Below are positions 49,426-58,094 of a DNA stretch of 64,000 nt, one piece after another; positions within the stretch are counted from its first letter, which is position 1, and each line of letters starts with the position of its first letter. The stretch comes from an uncultured Spirochaetota bacterium (lineage in GTDB: Bacteria; Spirochaetota; Spirochaetia; SZUA-6; Fen-1364): the NCBI GenBank assembly GCA_963781885.1, contig CAWAHW010000004.1, positions 384,001-448,000 on the forward strand. Direction: 5' to 3'. A program made the position numbers and the translations under genes. The notes under the pieces are model-generated. The model was not told the DNA's origin. It saw nothing but the letters and a program-made list of their open reading frames with translations, and did not search any database.

Positions 49426-51564
49426 CTACTGCCGCGGGGCTTTCTGCCCCGGGGCCTGCGTCGCATCCGACAGCTGTCTCAGGATATCGTCGATCTGATT
49501 CTGTACTGCCAGCGCGGCCTGCAGTGCCTGGTCCTGGTTTCCATCTGCAAGCAGTCTCTCTGCGCCCGCCAGGGAAGCCCGTGCTGCCTCGATCTGACGC
49601 GACACGGCGTTCAAGTCCAGGCGTATGCCGGCGACGTTCCGCGCGGCCGCGAGCTGCCGATCCGCCTGCGGCAGCATCTGCGTCTTGAGCATGGCAATGA
49701 CGGAGGCAGCGCTGGAGTTGCCCGGCGTGCCGTTCGCGCCGGTGGCGGGGACGCCCCGGCCGGGCGCGCCGCCGTTCACCACACCGCGCGGGGTCGTGCT
49801 GTCAGGCGCGCCCTGGTTTGCGCCGGCCTTGTTCGGCGCCGCGCCATTCGCCGGACCAGTGTCAGGCGCGCCCCTGACGGGTCCGCCACGGTTGGGTACC
49901 GCGTTGTTTTCACCGCTGAAAACGGGCCCTCCATTCGCGGGAGGAGGTGGCGCGCCGTTGTCGGGGGTGGGCCGCGTGTTGTCGGGGGTGGGCCGTGTGT
50001 TGTCAGGGGCAGGCCGCGGAGCGCCCGAAGCCGCCGGATTTCCCGGACCGACAACGAAAGGAGTCGGGCGTTGATTGCCTTGCAGCCGCGCAAGCGCGTC
50101 CGGGTCGAGCGGACGGCCGGGATTTGCCGACAGTATCTTCTGCTGCTCGTCAAAGGGAACCGGCGCGGGCGGCGGGGCGATCCGGGAGAAGACACGCCGT
50201 CCCTGCACGTCCTGGGGCGGCTGGGGAACGGGGTTCCGCGCGGCCTGCGGCCTTGAGATGATGCTTTCCCGCTGGGGAGCGACATTCGCGGTCATTCCCA
50301 TGACGGGAGCGCGCGCCGCCTCTGCGGAAGACACCAGAAGCGCTGCGCCGCCCGCGGGACGCGATTGGGCAAAAACATCGCGCGGCACATAGGTCATCGC
50401 CCGCGGGGCGGCGCGATTGACATAGACGACCGCGGCGGGGTCGTAGCGCTGGATGACCTGCACATTGATATTCGGCACGGACATGACGTTAATGCGCTGC
50501 ACGTATGCGGTGCTCGCCTGGTAGGGCGGCACATAGACCTCGCCGGGTCCCAGCGGGAACCAGCCGATTCCCTGTCCGGCGGAAGGTGTCCACCCCTCTC
50601 CGCCGACGAATACGACAAGGGCGGGAGCGTAGACCGGACGGGCCACGAACGCTCCGGGAACCCATACCCACTGCGTATTCACATAAGCCCAGCGACCGTA
50701 GTGGAACGGCGCAAAACCCCACGGCATATCGTCGATCCACGTCCATCCCCACGGCTCAACCCATGTCCAATGCCCGTCACGATACGGCGCCCAGCCGGCC
50801 GGCACATTCGAAGGAGCCCAGACCGTTCCATACCCCGCGGTCGTCATCCACGTCCCGCTGTCGATGAGGTCCTCCGCGCCGATCATTTCCGGTGGGACAT
50901 AGGGATTCGAGGCGACCCGTGCTCCCCGACGATCCCTGTCCGCGCTCCACGCATCCCATTCATCCGCCTGCGGGGCGGCGGTGACGTAATAAATGATGGA
51001 ATCGACCCCCGTGATGACCGAGCTCTGGCCGGTGGACACGTCGAATGCGTCCCCCGCTGCCGTCACCTGTGCATCGCCATTCCACGTCGTGACGCTCGTT
51101 TCTCCTGTCGGCTCGACGTCCACCCGGTAGCTGCCCGCGGAGACGAGCGACACGGTTGCATTCGGCGTATCGATCTCGAATGACGTGTTTTCATCGAGAC
51201 TGCTCAGGCTGACAGCGATCGATCCACTGGAGACGGCGACCTGGACCGTCTGGTCATCCAGGTTCACGAAGGAGAGCTCGGTGGCGTTGTTCAGCCGGAA
51301 TGCCGCGGAGAGCACCTGCACCTCCGCGCGGGCGTCCGCGTCCGTCCAGAGATGATCTCCCGCGGTCAGGGGATAGTTCAACGTGGCCGGCGTCCACTCA
51401 TCGAGGCTTCCCGGGCGAAACGACACGGTGCCGCTCATGTAGCTCAGCCTGCCGACCTGCGCCGGCGGATCCGCCCATGCGGAGAGTGCGGCAGTCATCG
51501 ACAGGGCGACAAAGGCCAGGAAAACGGGAATCGTCGGGGCGACGTGCACGCGATTGCTTTTCAT
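49426..51564 (-). CDS. Secreted FecR-like/DUF6600-like protein with a Pro/Gly-rich tail
   Basis: Signal peptide; DPPAQVGRLS; GWAPYRDGHW..EPWGWTWIDDMPWGFAPFHYGRW; YAPALV; GWFPLGPGE. Confidence 0.8.
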   Translation of the reverse strand: MKSNRVHVAPTIPVFLAFVALSMTAALSAWADPPAQVGRLSYMSGTVSFRPGSLDEWTPATLNYPLTAGDHLWTDADARAEVQVLSAAFRLNNATELSFVNLDDQTVQVAVSSGSIAVSLSSLDENTSFEIDTPNATVSLVSAGSYRVDVEPTGETSVTTWNGDAQVTAAGDAFDVSTGQSSVITGVDSIIYYVTAAPQADEWDAWSADRDRRGARVASNPYVPPEMIGAEDLIDSGTWMTTAGYGTVWAPSNVPAGWAPYRDGHWTWVEPWGWTWIDDMPWGFAPFHYGRWAYVNTQWVWVPGAFVARPVYAPALVVFVGGEGWTPSAGQGIGWFPLGPGEVYVPPYQASTAYVQRINVMSVPNINVQVIQRYDPAAVVYVNRAAPRAMTYVPRDVFAQSRPAGGAALLVSSAEAARAPVMGMTANVAPQRESIISRPQAARNPVPQPPQDVQGRRVFSRIAPPPAPVPFDEQQKILSANPGRPLDPDALARLQGNQRPTPFVVGPGNPAASGAPRPAPDNTRPTPDNTRPTPDNGAPPPPANGGPVFSGENNAVPNRGGPVRGAPDTGPANGAAPNKAGANQGAPDSTTPRGVVNGGAPGRGVPATGANGTPGNSSAASVIAMLKTQMLPQADRQLAAARNVAGIRLDLNAVSRQIEAARASLAGAERLLADGNQDQALQAALAVQNQIDDILRQLSDATQAPGQKAPRQ
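49957..50009 (-). repeat. 21-bp coding tandem repeat (PDNTRPT, about 2.5 copies)
   Basis: GTTGTCGGGGGTGGGCCG[CT]GT at 49957 and 49978, partial at 49999. Confidence 0.8.
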
Positions 51565-51619
51565 TCTCCGCTCCTCTTGAGAATTCAACACCCCTGTGGA
51601 GAGTATATGCCCAAAATCG

Positions 51620-52852
51620 CTACTTGTAGCGCGCCAGCCTCAGGACCTCGCCGAACTTGAAACGCTTTCCCGTCATGAGGATGCCCACGCGGAATATCTT
51701 CGCGGAGAGCCAGATCACCCCCGCTGTCGTCAGGAGGATCAGGCCGACGGAGACCAGGATCTCCACGGGCTTGGCGGCGCCGACCACGATGCGAAGGAAC
51801 ATGACGATCGGGGCGGTGAGCGGGAAGAGGGAGAGCCCGACGATGAAGGGCGCCTGCGGGTTGGAGATGATCGGCGAGATCATCACGACGGGAATGACGA
51901 GGAAAATGATCACGGGCCACGCGAGCTGCCCCAGATGCTGCTCGTCCTCGGAGGCGGCGCCCAGGGCGGCATAGAGGGAGCAGTAGAGGAAGAAGGCAAG
52001 GAGAAAGAAAACGACGAGATAGCCAAGGGTGCCGATCGACAACCCGAAACCGATCGAGACGCCCAGGCGCGGCCCGATCAGCTTCAGGACCACCGCGCTG
52101 ATGCCCACCCAGATGCCGTATTGCAGCAGGCTCGCCAGCGCCTTTCCGAGGATTTTGCCGAACAGGAGCTGCATCGGCCGCACGGATGACAGCATGATCT
52201 CCACGGTCTTGTTCGTCTTTTCCGTGAGCACCGAACGTCCGATGACCTGGCCGTAGAGGAGCACGGTCATATAGAGCAGCATGGCGAGCATCAGACCCGT
52301 CATGAGGACGGTGAGGAAATCGGAGTTTTTCTTCTCACCGCTCTGCGTGAGCTGCCGCGTCTGGAAGGCAGGCGATTGCGTGAGCGTGGAGACTTGCGAC
52401 GCGGGAATTCCCGCCTTCACCAGCCTCTGCGCGACGATTGCTTGTCCGATCACCCCCTGGAGGATCCCCACGACACGGAAGTCCGCGGCGTTCTTGGACA
52501 CGTATTCAAGGCGTGTGACGTCGGAGAGCCCGGTCGGCACGATGAGGTAGCCGTCGTATGCACCGGCGAGCACCTCCGCATCCATCTGGTCCGGTGTCCC
52601 CTCCGCGGCACTGACCTCGATCCGCGACTGCGTGAAGGCGGGGGAGATCTCCTGGACGAATCGGGGGTCGGCGCCCAGCAGGGCGATCTTCGTGATCGGG
52701 GCGCCCATGGCCCCGCCCGACATCGTGAGGAGGCTGGGGAGGATCGTCACCGCCGCGATGAGGAACGGGCCGAGGATGGTGAGGACGATGAACACCTTGT
52801 TCGCCGCGGTGAGACGGAACTCCATGCGGATGATCTTCAGGAGCTTGCCCAT
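51620..52852 (-). CDS. ABC-2 type permease (NatB/YhaP-like)
   Basis: SVLTEKTNKTVEIMLSSV, LLFGKILG, LYAALGA, FPLTAPIVM, KIFRVGIL. Confidence 0.88.
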   Translation of the reverse strand: MGKLLKIIRMEFRLTAANKVFIVLTILGPFLIAAVTILPSLLTMSGGAMGAPITKIALLGADPRFVQEISPAFTQSRIEVSAAEGTPDQMDAEVLAGAYDGYLIVPTGLSDVTRLEYVSKNAADFRVVGILQGVIGQAIVAQRLVKAGIPASQVSTLTQSPAFQTRQLTQSGEKKNSDFLTVLMTGLMLAMLLYMTVLLYGQVIGRSVLTEKTNKTVEIMLSSVRPMQLLFGKILGKALASLLQYGIWVGISAVVLKLIGPRLGVSIGFGLSIGTLGYLVVFFLLAFFLYCSLYAALGAASEDEQHLGQLAWPVIIFLVIPVVMISPIISNPQAPFIVGLSLFPLTAPIVMFLRIVVGAAKPVEILVSVGLILLTTAGVIWLSAKIFRVGILMTGKRFKFGEVLRLARYK

Positions 52853-53772
52853 CACTCACTCATCCTTTCCGAATCGGTCTTCGCTCCCTTGCCCACGATC
52901 TCGACGAATATCTTGTGCAGAGACGGTGAGACGACCTCGAAACGCCGCACGGACACCTGGCTCACGAGTATCGAAAGGAGCGTCTGGGGGCTCGCGCCCT
53001 CGGCAAGCTCGATCTCCACCCAGCGGGGGTAGCGGGTGACGTCACGCACCATCCCGGAGAGGGAGGCAAAATCGATCGTCCCGTCGAACTCGGCGACGAC
53101 GACGTTGTGCCCGTAGCGCGACTTGATATCGGCGAGCGAGCCCGAGATCACCTCCCTCCCGTGGTCGACAATGAGGATGCGCGAGCAGATCTTTTCCGCG
53201 ACCTCCATGTTGTGCGTGGAGAAGAGGATGGTCTTGCCCTGGCTTCCCAGCTCCAGCACCGCTTCCCGCAGGACGTCGGTGCTCACCGGGTCGAGCCCGG
53301 AGAACGGCTCGTCGAGGAAGAGGAACTCGGGATCATGGAGGATGGAGGAGATGAACTGGACCTTCTGCGCCATGCCTTTTGACAGCGTCTCGGGCGTCCG
53401 CGTCTTCCACTCCGTGAGGTCGAAACGCTCGAACCATTCGTCCAGCCTCTTTTCCGCCGCGGCGTGATCCGCGTTCTTGAGGCTCGCGAAGTAGAGGAGC
53501 ATCTCGTTGATCTTCACCTTGCGGTAGAGGCCGCGCTCCTCGGGCAGGTAGCCGATGCGGTCCTTATCCGATTCGCGGATGGTTTCCCCGTTGAAAAGGA
53601 TGGTGCCGGAATCGGGGGCGAGGATGTTCATGATCATTTTGATCGTCGTCGACTTGCCCGCCCCGTTGGGACCGAGCAGCCCGAATATCTCGCCTTCCCG
53701 GGTCGCGAAAGAGATCTTGTCGACGGCGCGCAGCTGGCCGAAGCTCTTGCAGACGGCACGCAATTCTATCAT
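52852..53772 (-). CDS. ABC transporter ATP-binding protein (NatA/YhaQ-like)
   Basis: GPNGAGKS, GYLPEERGLY, LSKGMAQK, LDEPFSGLDP, FSTH. Confidence 0.92.
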   Translation of the reverse strand: MIELRAVCKSFGQLRAVDKISFATREGEIFGLLGPNGAGKSTTIKMIMNILAPDSGTILFNGETIRESDKDRIGYLPEERGLYRKVKINEMLLYFASLKNADHAAAEKRLDEWFERFDLTEWKTRTPETLSKGMAQKVQFISSILHDPEFLFLDEPFSGLDPVSTDVLREAVLELGSQGKTILFSTHNMEVAEKICSRILIVDHGREVISGSLADIKSRYGHNVVVAEFDGTIDFASLSGMVRDVTRYPRWVEIELAEGASPQTLLSILVSQVSVRRFEVVSPSLHKIFVEIVGKGAKTDSERMSE

Positions 53773-53819
53773 GGAGGCTCCTTCCGGGGAGGTGAATCTA
53801 TCAGAACCGCCGGTCCCTG

Positions 53820-54941
53820 TCAGCCTTCGAGCGTGTGCGAAAGCTCCTCGATCAGCTCGCGCTGCCGCGGGGTGAGTCGACGGGGAATCTCCACGTTCAC
53901 TTTTACCAGCTCGTCGCCCACGCCTTTGCCGCGAAGCTCGGGCATTCCCCTGCCCTTGAGACGGAAGACCCGGCCGCTCTGCGTCCCCGGGGGGATGGTC
54001 ATGACGACGTTTCCTTCCATCGTCGGCACCGACAGCTCAGTACCGAGTATGGCGCGGGTGAGACCGATTGAAAGCTCGGCGGCGAGGTCGGAGCCCTGGC
54101 GCTGGAACACGGCATGGGGGGCCACCTCGACGACGAGAAACAGATCGCCCTTGCCGCCCGTCCCCCACTCCCCTTCCCCCTTCATGCGAAGGCGGGACCC
54201 CGTCTGCACGCCAGGGGGCACGGTCACCGTGAGGGTGCGCGTCACGCGCACGCGGCCCTCGCCCTTGCAGGTGTCGCACGGTGTGCCCACGATCGTGCCG
54301 GACCCGCCGCAGCGCGCGCAGGTCTGCGCCATCTGGAATATGCCGCTGGAGACATTCCTCTGTCCCGAGCCGCCGCATTCGGGGCAGGTGGTGCGGCTGG
54401 TTCCCGGCGCGGCGCCGGAGCCCGCGCAGGTGGGGCACGAATCGTAGCGGGGGACCGTGATCTGCTTCTCCGTGCCCTTGTACGCTTCTTCCAGCGTCAC
54501 CGATACGGCGACTTCAAGGTCCTGGCCTCGCGCCGCGCCGGCCTGCGCGGACCGGGAGGCCTTGCGCCGTCGGCTCCCGAAGAGATCGAATCCGGCATCA
54601 CCGAAAAGGTTTTCGAAAAACCCGCCGCCGAAACCCGAGTCGCGAAGCCCTTCAAAGACGCTCCCGAAGTCGGTGCCGCGGAAAATGTCCTCCCGCGCAA
54701 ACTTCTGGTCGACACCGGCGTGGCCGTACTGGTCGTAGAGGGCGCGCTTCTGGGAATCCGAGAGCACGGCATAGGCCTCCGAGATTTCCTTGAAGGTGGC
54801 CTCCGCCTCCTTCTTCCTTTCCACGGGCACGCGATCGGGATGATGGCGGAGCGCAAGCTCCCGGTAGGCCTTCTTCAGCTCTTCATGCGTGGCGTTTTTC
54901 TTGACACCGAGTATTTCGTAGTAATCACGTTTGGACGACAT
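53820..54941 (-). CDS. dnaJ: Chaperone DnaJ (class A)
   Basis: [12 protein letters not shown], four CxxCxGxG zinc-finger repeats, C-terminal domain. Confidence 0.95.
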   Translation of the reverse strand: MSSKRDYYEILGVKKNATHEELKKAYRELALRHHPDRVPVERKKEAEATFKEISEAYAVLSDSQKRALYDQYGHAGVDQKFAREDIFRGTDFGSVFEGLRDSGFGGGFFENLFGDAGFDLFGSRRRKASRSAQAGAARGQDLEVAVSVTLEEAYKGTEKQITVPRYDSCPTCAGSGAAPGTSRTTCPECGGSGQRNVSSGIFQMAQTCARCGGSGTIVGTPCDTCKGEGRVRVTRTLTVTVPPGVQTGSRLRMKGEGEWGTGGKGDLFLVVEVAPHAVFQRQGSDLAAELSIGLTRAILGTELSVPTMEGNVVMTIPPGTQSGRVFRLKGRGMPELRGKGVGDELVKVNVEIPRRLTPRQRELIEELSHTLEG

Positions 54942-54954
54942 GCTTCTTCCTTAG

Positions 54955-54981
54955 AAAAAGGCCCCGATGCACATCGGGGCC
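54955..54981 (-). terminator. Terminator-like hairpin between dnaK and dnaJ
   Basis: GGCCCCGATG-CA-CATCGGGGCC followed by T5 on the minus strand. Confidence 0.7.
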
Positions 54982-54998
54982 ATTCGCTTTCTTTCCCT

Positions 54999-55054
54999 GT
55001 GGGCCTTTCGGCCATCCCTGGCCTCGGCCCACCTCGCCTTCCATGGCTACGCTT
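54999..55054 (-). repeat. GTAG-led structured repeat, copy 2 (immediately after the dnaK stop)
   Basis: Minus strand AAGCGTA-GCCATGGAAGGC-GAG-GTGGGCC-GA-GGCCAGGGATGGCC-GAAA-GGCCCAC. Confidence 0.75.
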
Positions 55055-55055
55055 C

Positions 55056-56984
55056 CTACTTCTTCTCTTCGCGGAACTCCGCGTCGATGACGTCATCGTC
55101 CTTCTTCTTGCCGGGGTCGCCGTCACCCGCGGGACCGGCCTGCGGCCCGGGGCCCGCTCCCGGCCCGGACCCGGGACCCTGCCCCTGCGCGCCGCCCGCC
55201 GACTGCTTGTAGACCTCCTCGGCCAGCTTGTGGGAGGATTTCGTGAGCTCATCAGTGGCCTTCTTGATCCGGTCCACGTTCTTGTCCTTGATCGCCGAGC
55301 GCAGGTCGTTGAGCTTCGCCTCGATGTCGGCCCTTTCCGCCTGGCTCACCTTGTCGCCGTAGTCCTTGAGCGACTTCTCCACGGAATATGCCAGCGTGTC
55401 TGCCTGGTTGACCGCCTCGACCTCTTCCTTCTTCTTGGCATCGTCGGCGGCGAACTGCTCCGCCTGGCGCACCATCTTCTCAATTTCTTCCTTTGAGAGC
55501 TTCTTGGGCGCGGTGATCTTTATCGACTGGGTCTTGTTCGTGCCCAGGTCCTTTGCCGCCACGCTCACGATGCCGTTTGCGTCAATGTCGAAGGAGACCT
55601 CCACCTGCGGGACGCCGCGCGGCGCCGGCGGGATGCCCACCAGGTTGAACCTGCCCAGCTCCACGTTGTCGTTTGCCATGGGCCGCTCACCCTGGAGCAC
55701 GCGGATGGTGACCTCGGTCTGGTTGTCGGCCGCGGTGGAGAATATCTCGCTCTTGCGCGTCGGGATGGTCGTATTGCGCTCGATGAGCTTCGTGCTGACG
55801 CCGCCCAGCGTCTCGATGCCGAGGGAAAGGGGCGTCACGTCGAGCAGGAGGACGTCCTTCACTTCTCCCTTGATAATGGCCGCCTGGATGGCGGCGCCCA
55901 TTGCGACGCACTCCATCGGGTCGACGCCGCGCTCGATCTTCTTGCCGAAGAAATCCTCCACGAACTTCTGCACGATCGGCATCCGCGTGGGGCCGCCGAC
56001 CATGATGATCTTGTCGATTTCCGCCCCGTTGTCGCTGAACTGCACGCCGTCCTTGGCGAACGCGCCTTTCGCGTCTTTCAACGCCGTTTCCAGAGGCCCG
56101 CGACAGCGCTGGACGATGGGCCCGATCAACTCTTCCAGCTTCGCGCGATTCACCGTCATGGTGAGGTGCTTGGGACCCGTGGCATCCGCCGTGATGAACG
56201 GGAGGTTGATGTCCGTGGTGAGCGTGCTGGAAAGCTCCACCTTCGCCTTCTCCGCGGCTTCCCGCACGCGCTGGGTCGCCATCGTATCCTTTTTCAGCTC
56301 GATGCCGGTCTGGCGCATGAACTCTTTTTCGATGTACTCCACGAAGGTGTTGTCCATGTCGGTGCCACCCAGCTGCGTGTCGCCGCTCGTGGACACGACC
56401 TTGAAGCCGCCTTCCTTCCACATCTCCATGATCGTGACGTCCAGCGTGCCCCCGCCGAAGTCGAACACGAGTATCTTCAGCTCCTTGCCGGCCTTCTCCA
56501 GGCCGTAGGCGAGACACGCGGCGGTGGGCTCGTTGATGATGCGCAGGACCTTCAGACCGGCGATCTCGCCGGCATCCTTTGTCGCCGTGCGCTGGTTGTC
56601 GTCGAAATACGCGGGGCAGGTGATGACCACCTCCTCCACGGTGTCCCCGAGATACGCCTCCGCGTCCTGCTTGATCTTCTGGAGAATGAAGGCCGAGATC
56701 TGCTGCGGGCTGTATTCCTTTGCGAACACCTTGAACTTGTAGTCCGTTCCCATCTTGCGCTTGGCGGCGTAGATGGTTCCGTCAGGGTTGATGGCCGCCT
56801 GACGTCGCGCCGGCTCTCCCACCAGCCTGTCCGCGTCCTTGGTGAAGGCGACGAAAGAAGGGAAGGCTTTGCCCGAAGAAACGCCCGCGCCTTCCGCCGA
56901 TGGAATGATGACCGGCCGGCCGCCTTCCATGACGGCAGCGGCGGAGTTCGATGTCCCGAGGTCGATTCCGATGACACGTCCCAT
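55056..56984 (-). CDS. dnaK: Chaperone DnaK (Hsp70)
   Basis: [42 protein letters not shown]-terminal DDDVIDAEF. Confidence 0.97.
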   Translation of the reverse strand: MGRVIGIDLGTSNSAAAVMEGGRPVIIPSAEGAGVSSGKAFPSFVAFTKDADRLVGEPARRQAAINPDGTIYAAKRKMGTDYKFKVFAKEYSPQQISAFILQKIKQDAEAYLGDTVEEVVITCPAYFDDNQRTATKDAGEIAGLKVLRIINEPTAACLAYGLEKAGKELKILVFDFGGGTLDVTIMEMWKEGGFKVVSTSGDTQLGGTDMDNTFVEYIEKEFMRQTGIELKKDTMATQRVREAAEKAKVELSSTLTTDINLPFITADATGPKHLTMTVNRAKLEELIGPIVQRCRGPLETALKDAKGAFAKDGVQFSDNGAEIDKIIMVGGPTRMPIVQKFVEDFFGKKIERGVDPMECVAMGAAIQAAIIKGEVKDVLLLDVTPLSLGIETLGGVSTKLIERNTTIPTRKSEIFSTAADNQTEVTIRVLQGERPMANDNVELGRFNLVGIPPAPRGVPQVEVSFDIDANGIVSVAAKDLGTNKTQSIKITAPKKLSKEEIEKMVRQAEQFAADDAKKKEEVEAVNQADTLAYSVEKSLKDYGDKVSQAERADIEAKLNDLRSAIKDKNVDRIKKATDELTKSSHKLAEEVYKQSAGGAQGQGPGSGPGAGPGPQAGPAGDGDPGKKKDDDVIDAEFREEKK

Positions 56985-57132
56985 ACTGTTGCTCCTTTGT
57001 GAACCTGCTCTCCCGCCGCCACGGTACTCCGTGGCTTGGTCCGGGCGCGCGGCTCTCCCGCTGTTATGCTACCCGGTTAAACCCATCATCCGTTTCCTGT
57101 CATGAGGATGCGAGAGACATTCAACTAAAAAA

Positions 57133-57161
57133 AATGTAAATAGAGAAGGGTCGGAAGTCAA
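57133..57161 (-). promoter_or_regulatory. dnaK promoter (sigma70 type)
   Basis: Minus strand TTGACT-N17-TACATT in an AT-rich patch; no CIRCE seen. Confidence 0.7.
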
Positions 57162-57295
57162 GCGTAGGCATGGATGCCGAGGGCGAGCGAGGCCAGGGAC
57201 GGCCGAGAGCGAGCCCGGAGCGCCGTATTCCGCCCGAGAGGCGGCAGCCGGCCGCGTAGCGGACGGCGAGGGCCCGGCCAGGGACGGCGAGGGCG
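57160..57295 (+). repeat. GTAG-led structured repeat, copy 3, plus GC-rich hairpin module
   Basis: AAGCGTA-GGCATGGATGCC-GA-GGGCGAGC-GA-GGCCAGGGACGGCC-GAGA-GCGAGCCC; 57235-57280 resembles the reverse complement of the 47.4-kb unit. Confidence 0.75.
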
Positions 57296-57349
57296 TCGGC
57301 GAGCGAGGCCAGAGCGCGCGGGGGCCGGCAGGCATGCGGGGAGGGTGCA

Positions 57350-58009
57350 ATGGTGAATCTCAGGCTTTTCGACGGCACGGCCGACCTGTATTTCCTCCGC
57401 CACGGGGAGAGCCAGGGCAACCAGGACGGCGTCATCCAGGGGCGTAACCACTCCCACCTGACGGAAACCGGCCGGGAGCAGGCGCGCACGGCGGGAGAAT
57501 GGTTCAGAGACAAATCCATCGAACTGATCCTCACCTCCCCGCTGGCGCGCGCCTCCGAGACGGCGCGGATCCTGGGCCGGGAGGCGGGAATCCCGCGGGT
57601 TGAAATCGCCGAGGAGCTCATGGAGATCGACACCGGCGTGTTCAGCGGTCGAAGCTTCGCGGAGGCCCGTGACATGCACCCCGGGGAATGGGATTCCTTC
57701 CAGCGCGAAAGCTGGGAGGGGGTGCCCGACGCTGAGCGAATCGAGAGCCTGCTGGGTCGCGCAGAATTGCTTTGGGAAAAGCTCTGCACCCTCGTCGCCC
57801 ATGGCACGCGGCGCGTCCTATGTGTCACCCACTCAGGCTTCCTCCAGTGGATCATGCGGTCGACCATCGGGGGAGCGGCATGGATGCCGCTTCTCCCTGC
57901 CTCGGAAAACTGCGGCGTTACGCAGCTGCGGATCGCCAACAGCCGCGGCCCGACCGGCAGCCCCTGGCATTACGCCGCGTGGACCATGATCAACCAGGCC
58001 GTCCAGTGA
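57350..58009 (+). CDS. Histidine phosphatase (phosphoglycerate mutase-like) family protein
   Basis: FLRHGES, LTETGREQA, TSPLARASETA, LMEID, VTHSG. Confidence 0.88.
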   Translation: MVNLRLFDGTADLYFLRHGESQGNQDGVIQGRNHSHLTETGREQARTAGEWFRDKSIELILTSPLARASETARILGREAGIPRVEIAEELMEIDTGVFSGRSFAEARDMHPGEWDSFQRESWEGVPDAERIESLLGRAELLWEKLCTLVAHGTRRVLCVTHSGFLQWIMRSTIGGAAWMPLLPASENCGVTQLRIANSRGPTGSPWHYAAWTMINQAVQ

Positions 58010-58059
58010 AGGAAGACGCCCTTGCGCAGGAAAAGGGGGCAAAATCTGCATCGCTGGCG

Positions 58060-58088
58060 TTGACGGCGAAGGTGCCGACTATTAGAGT
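58060..58088 (+). promoter_or_regulatory. Promoter giving a probable leaderless mRNA
   Basis: TTGACG-N17-TAGAGT, 6 nt before ATG at 58095. Confidence 0.65.
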
Positions 58089-58094
58089 AGCGGA

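Noticed and set aside
57000-57161. CIRCE or HAIR heat-shock operator upstream of dnaK
   Set aside because: Neither TTAGCACTC-N9-GAGTGCTAA nor CTTGAGT-N7-ACTCAAG is present.
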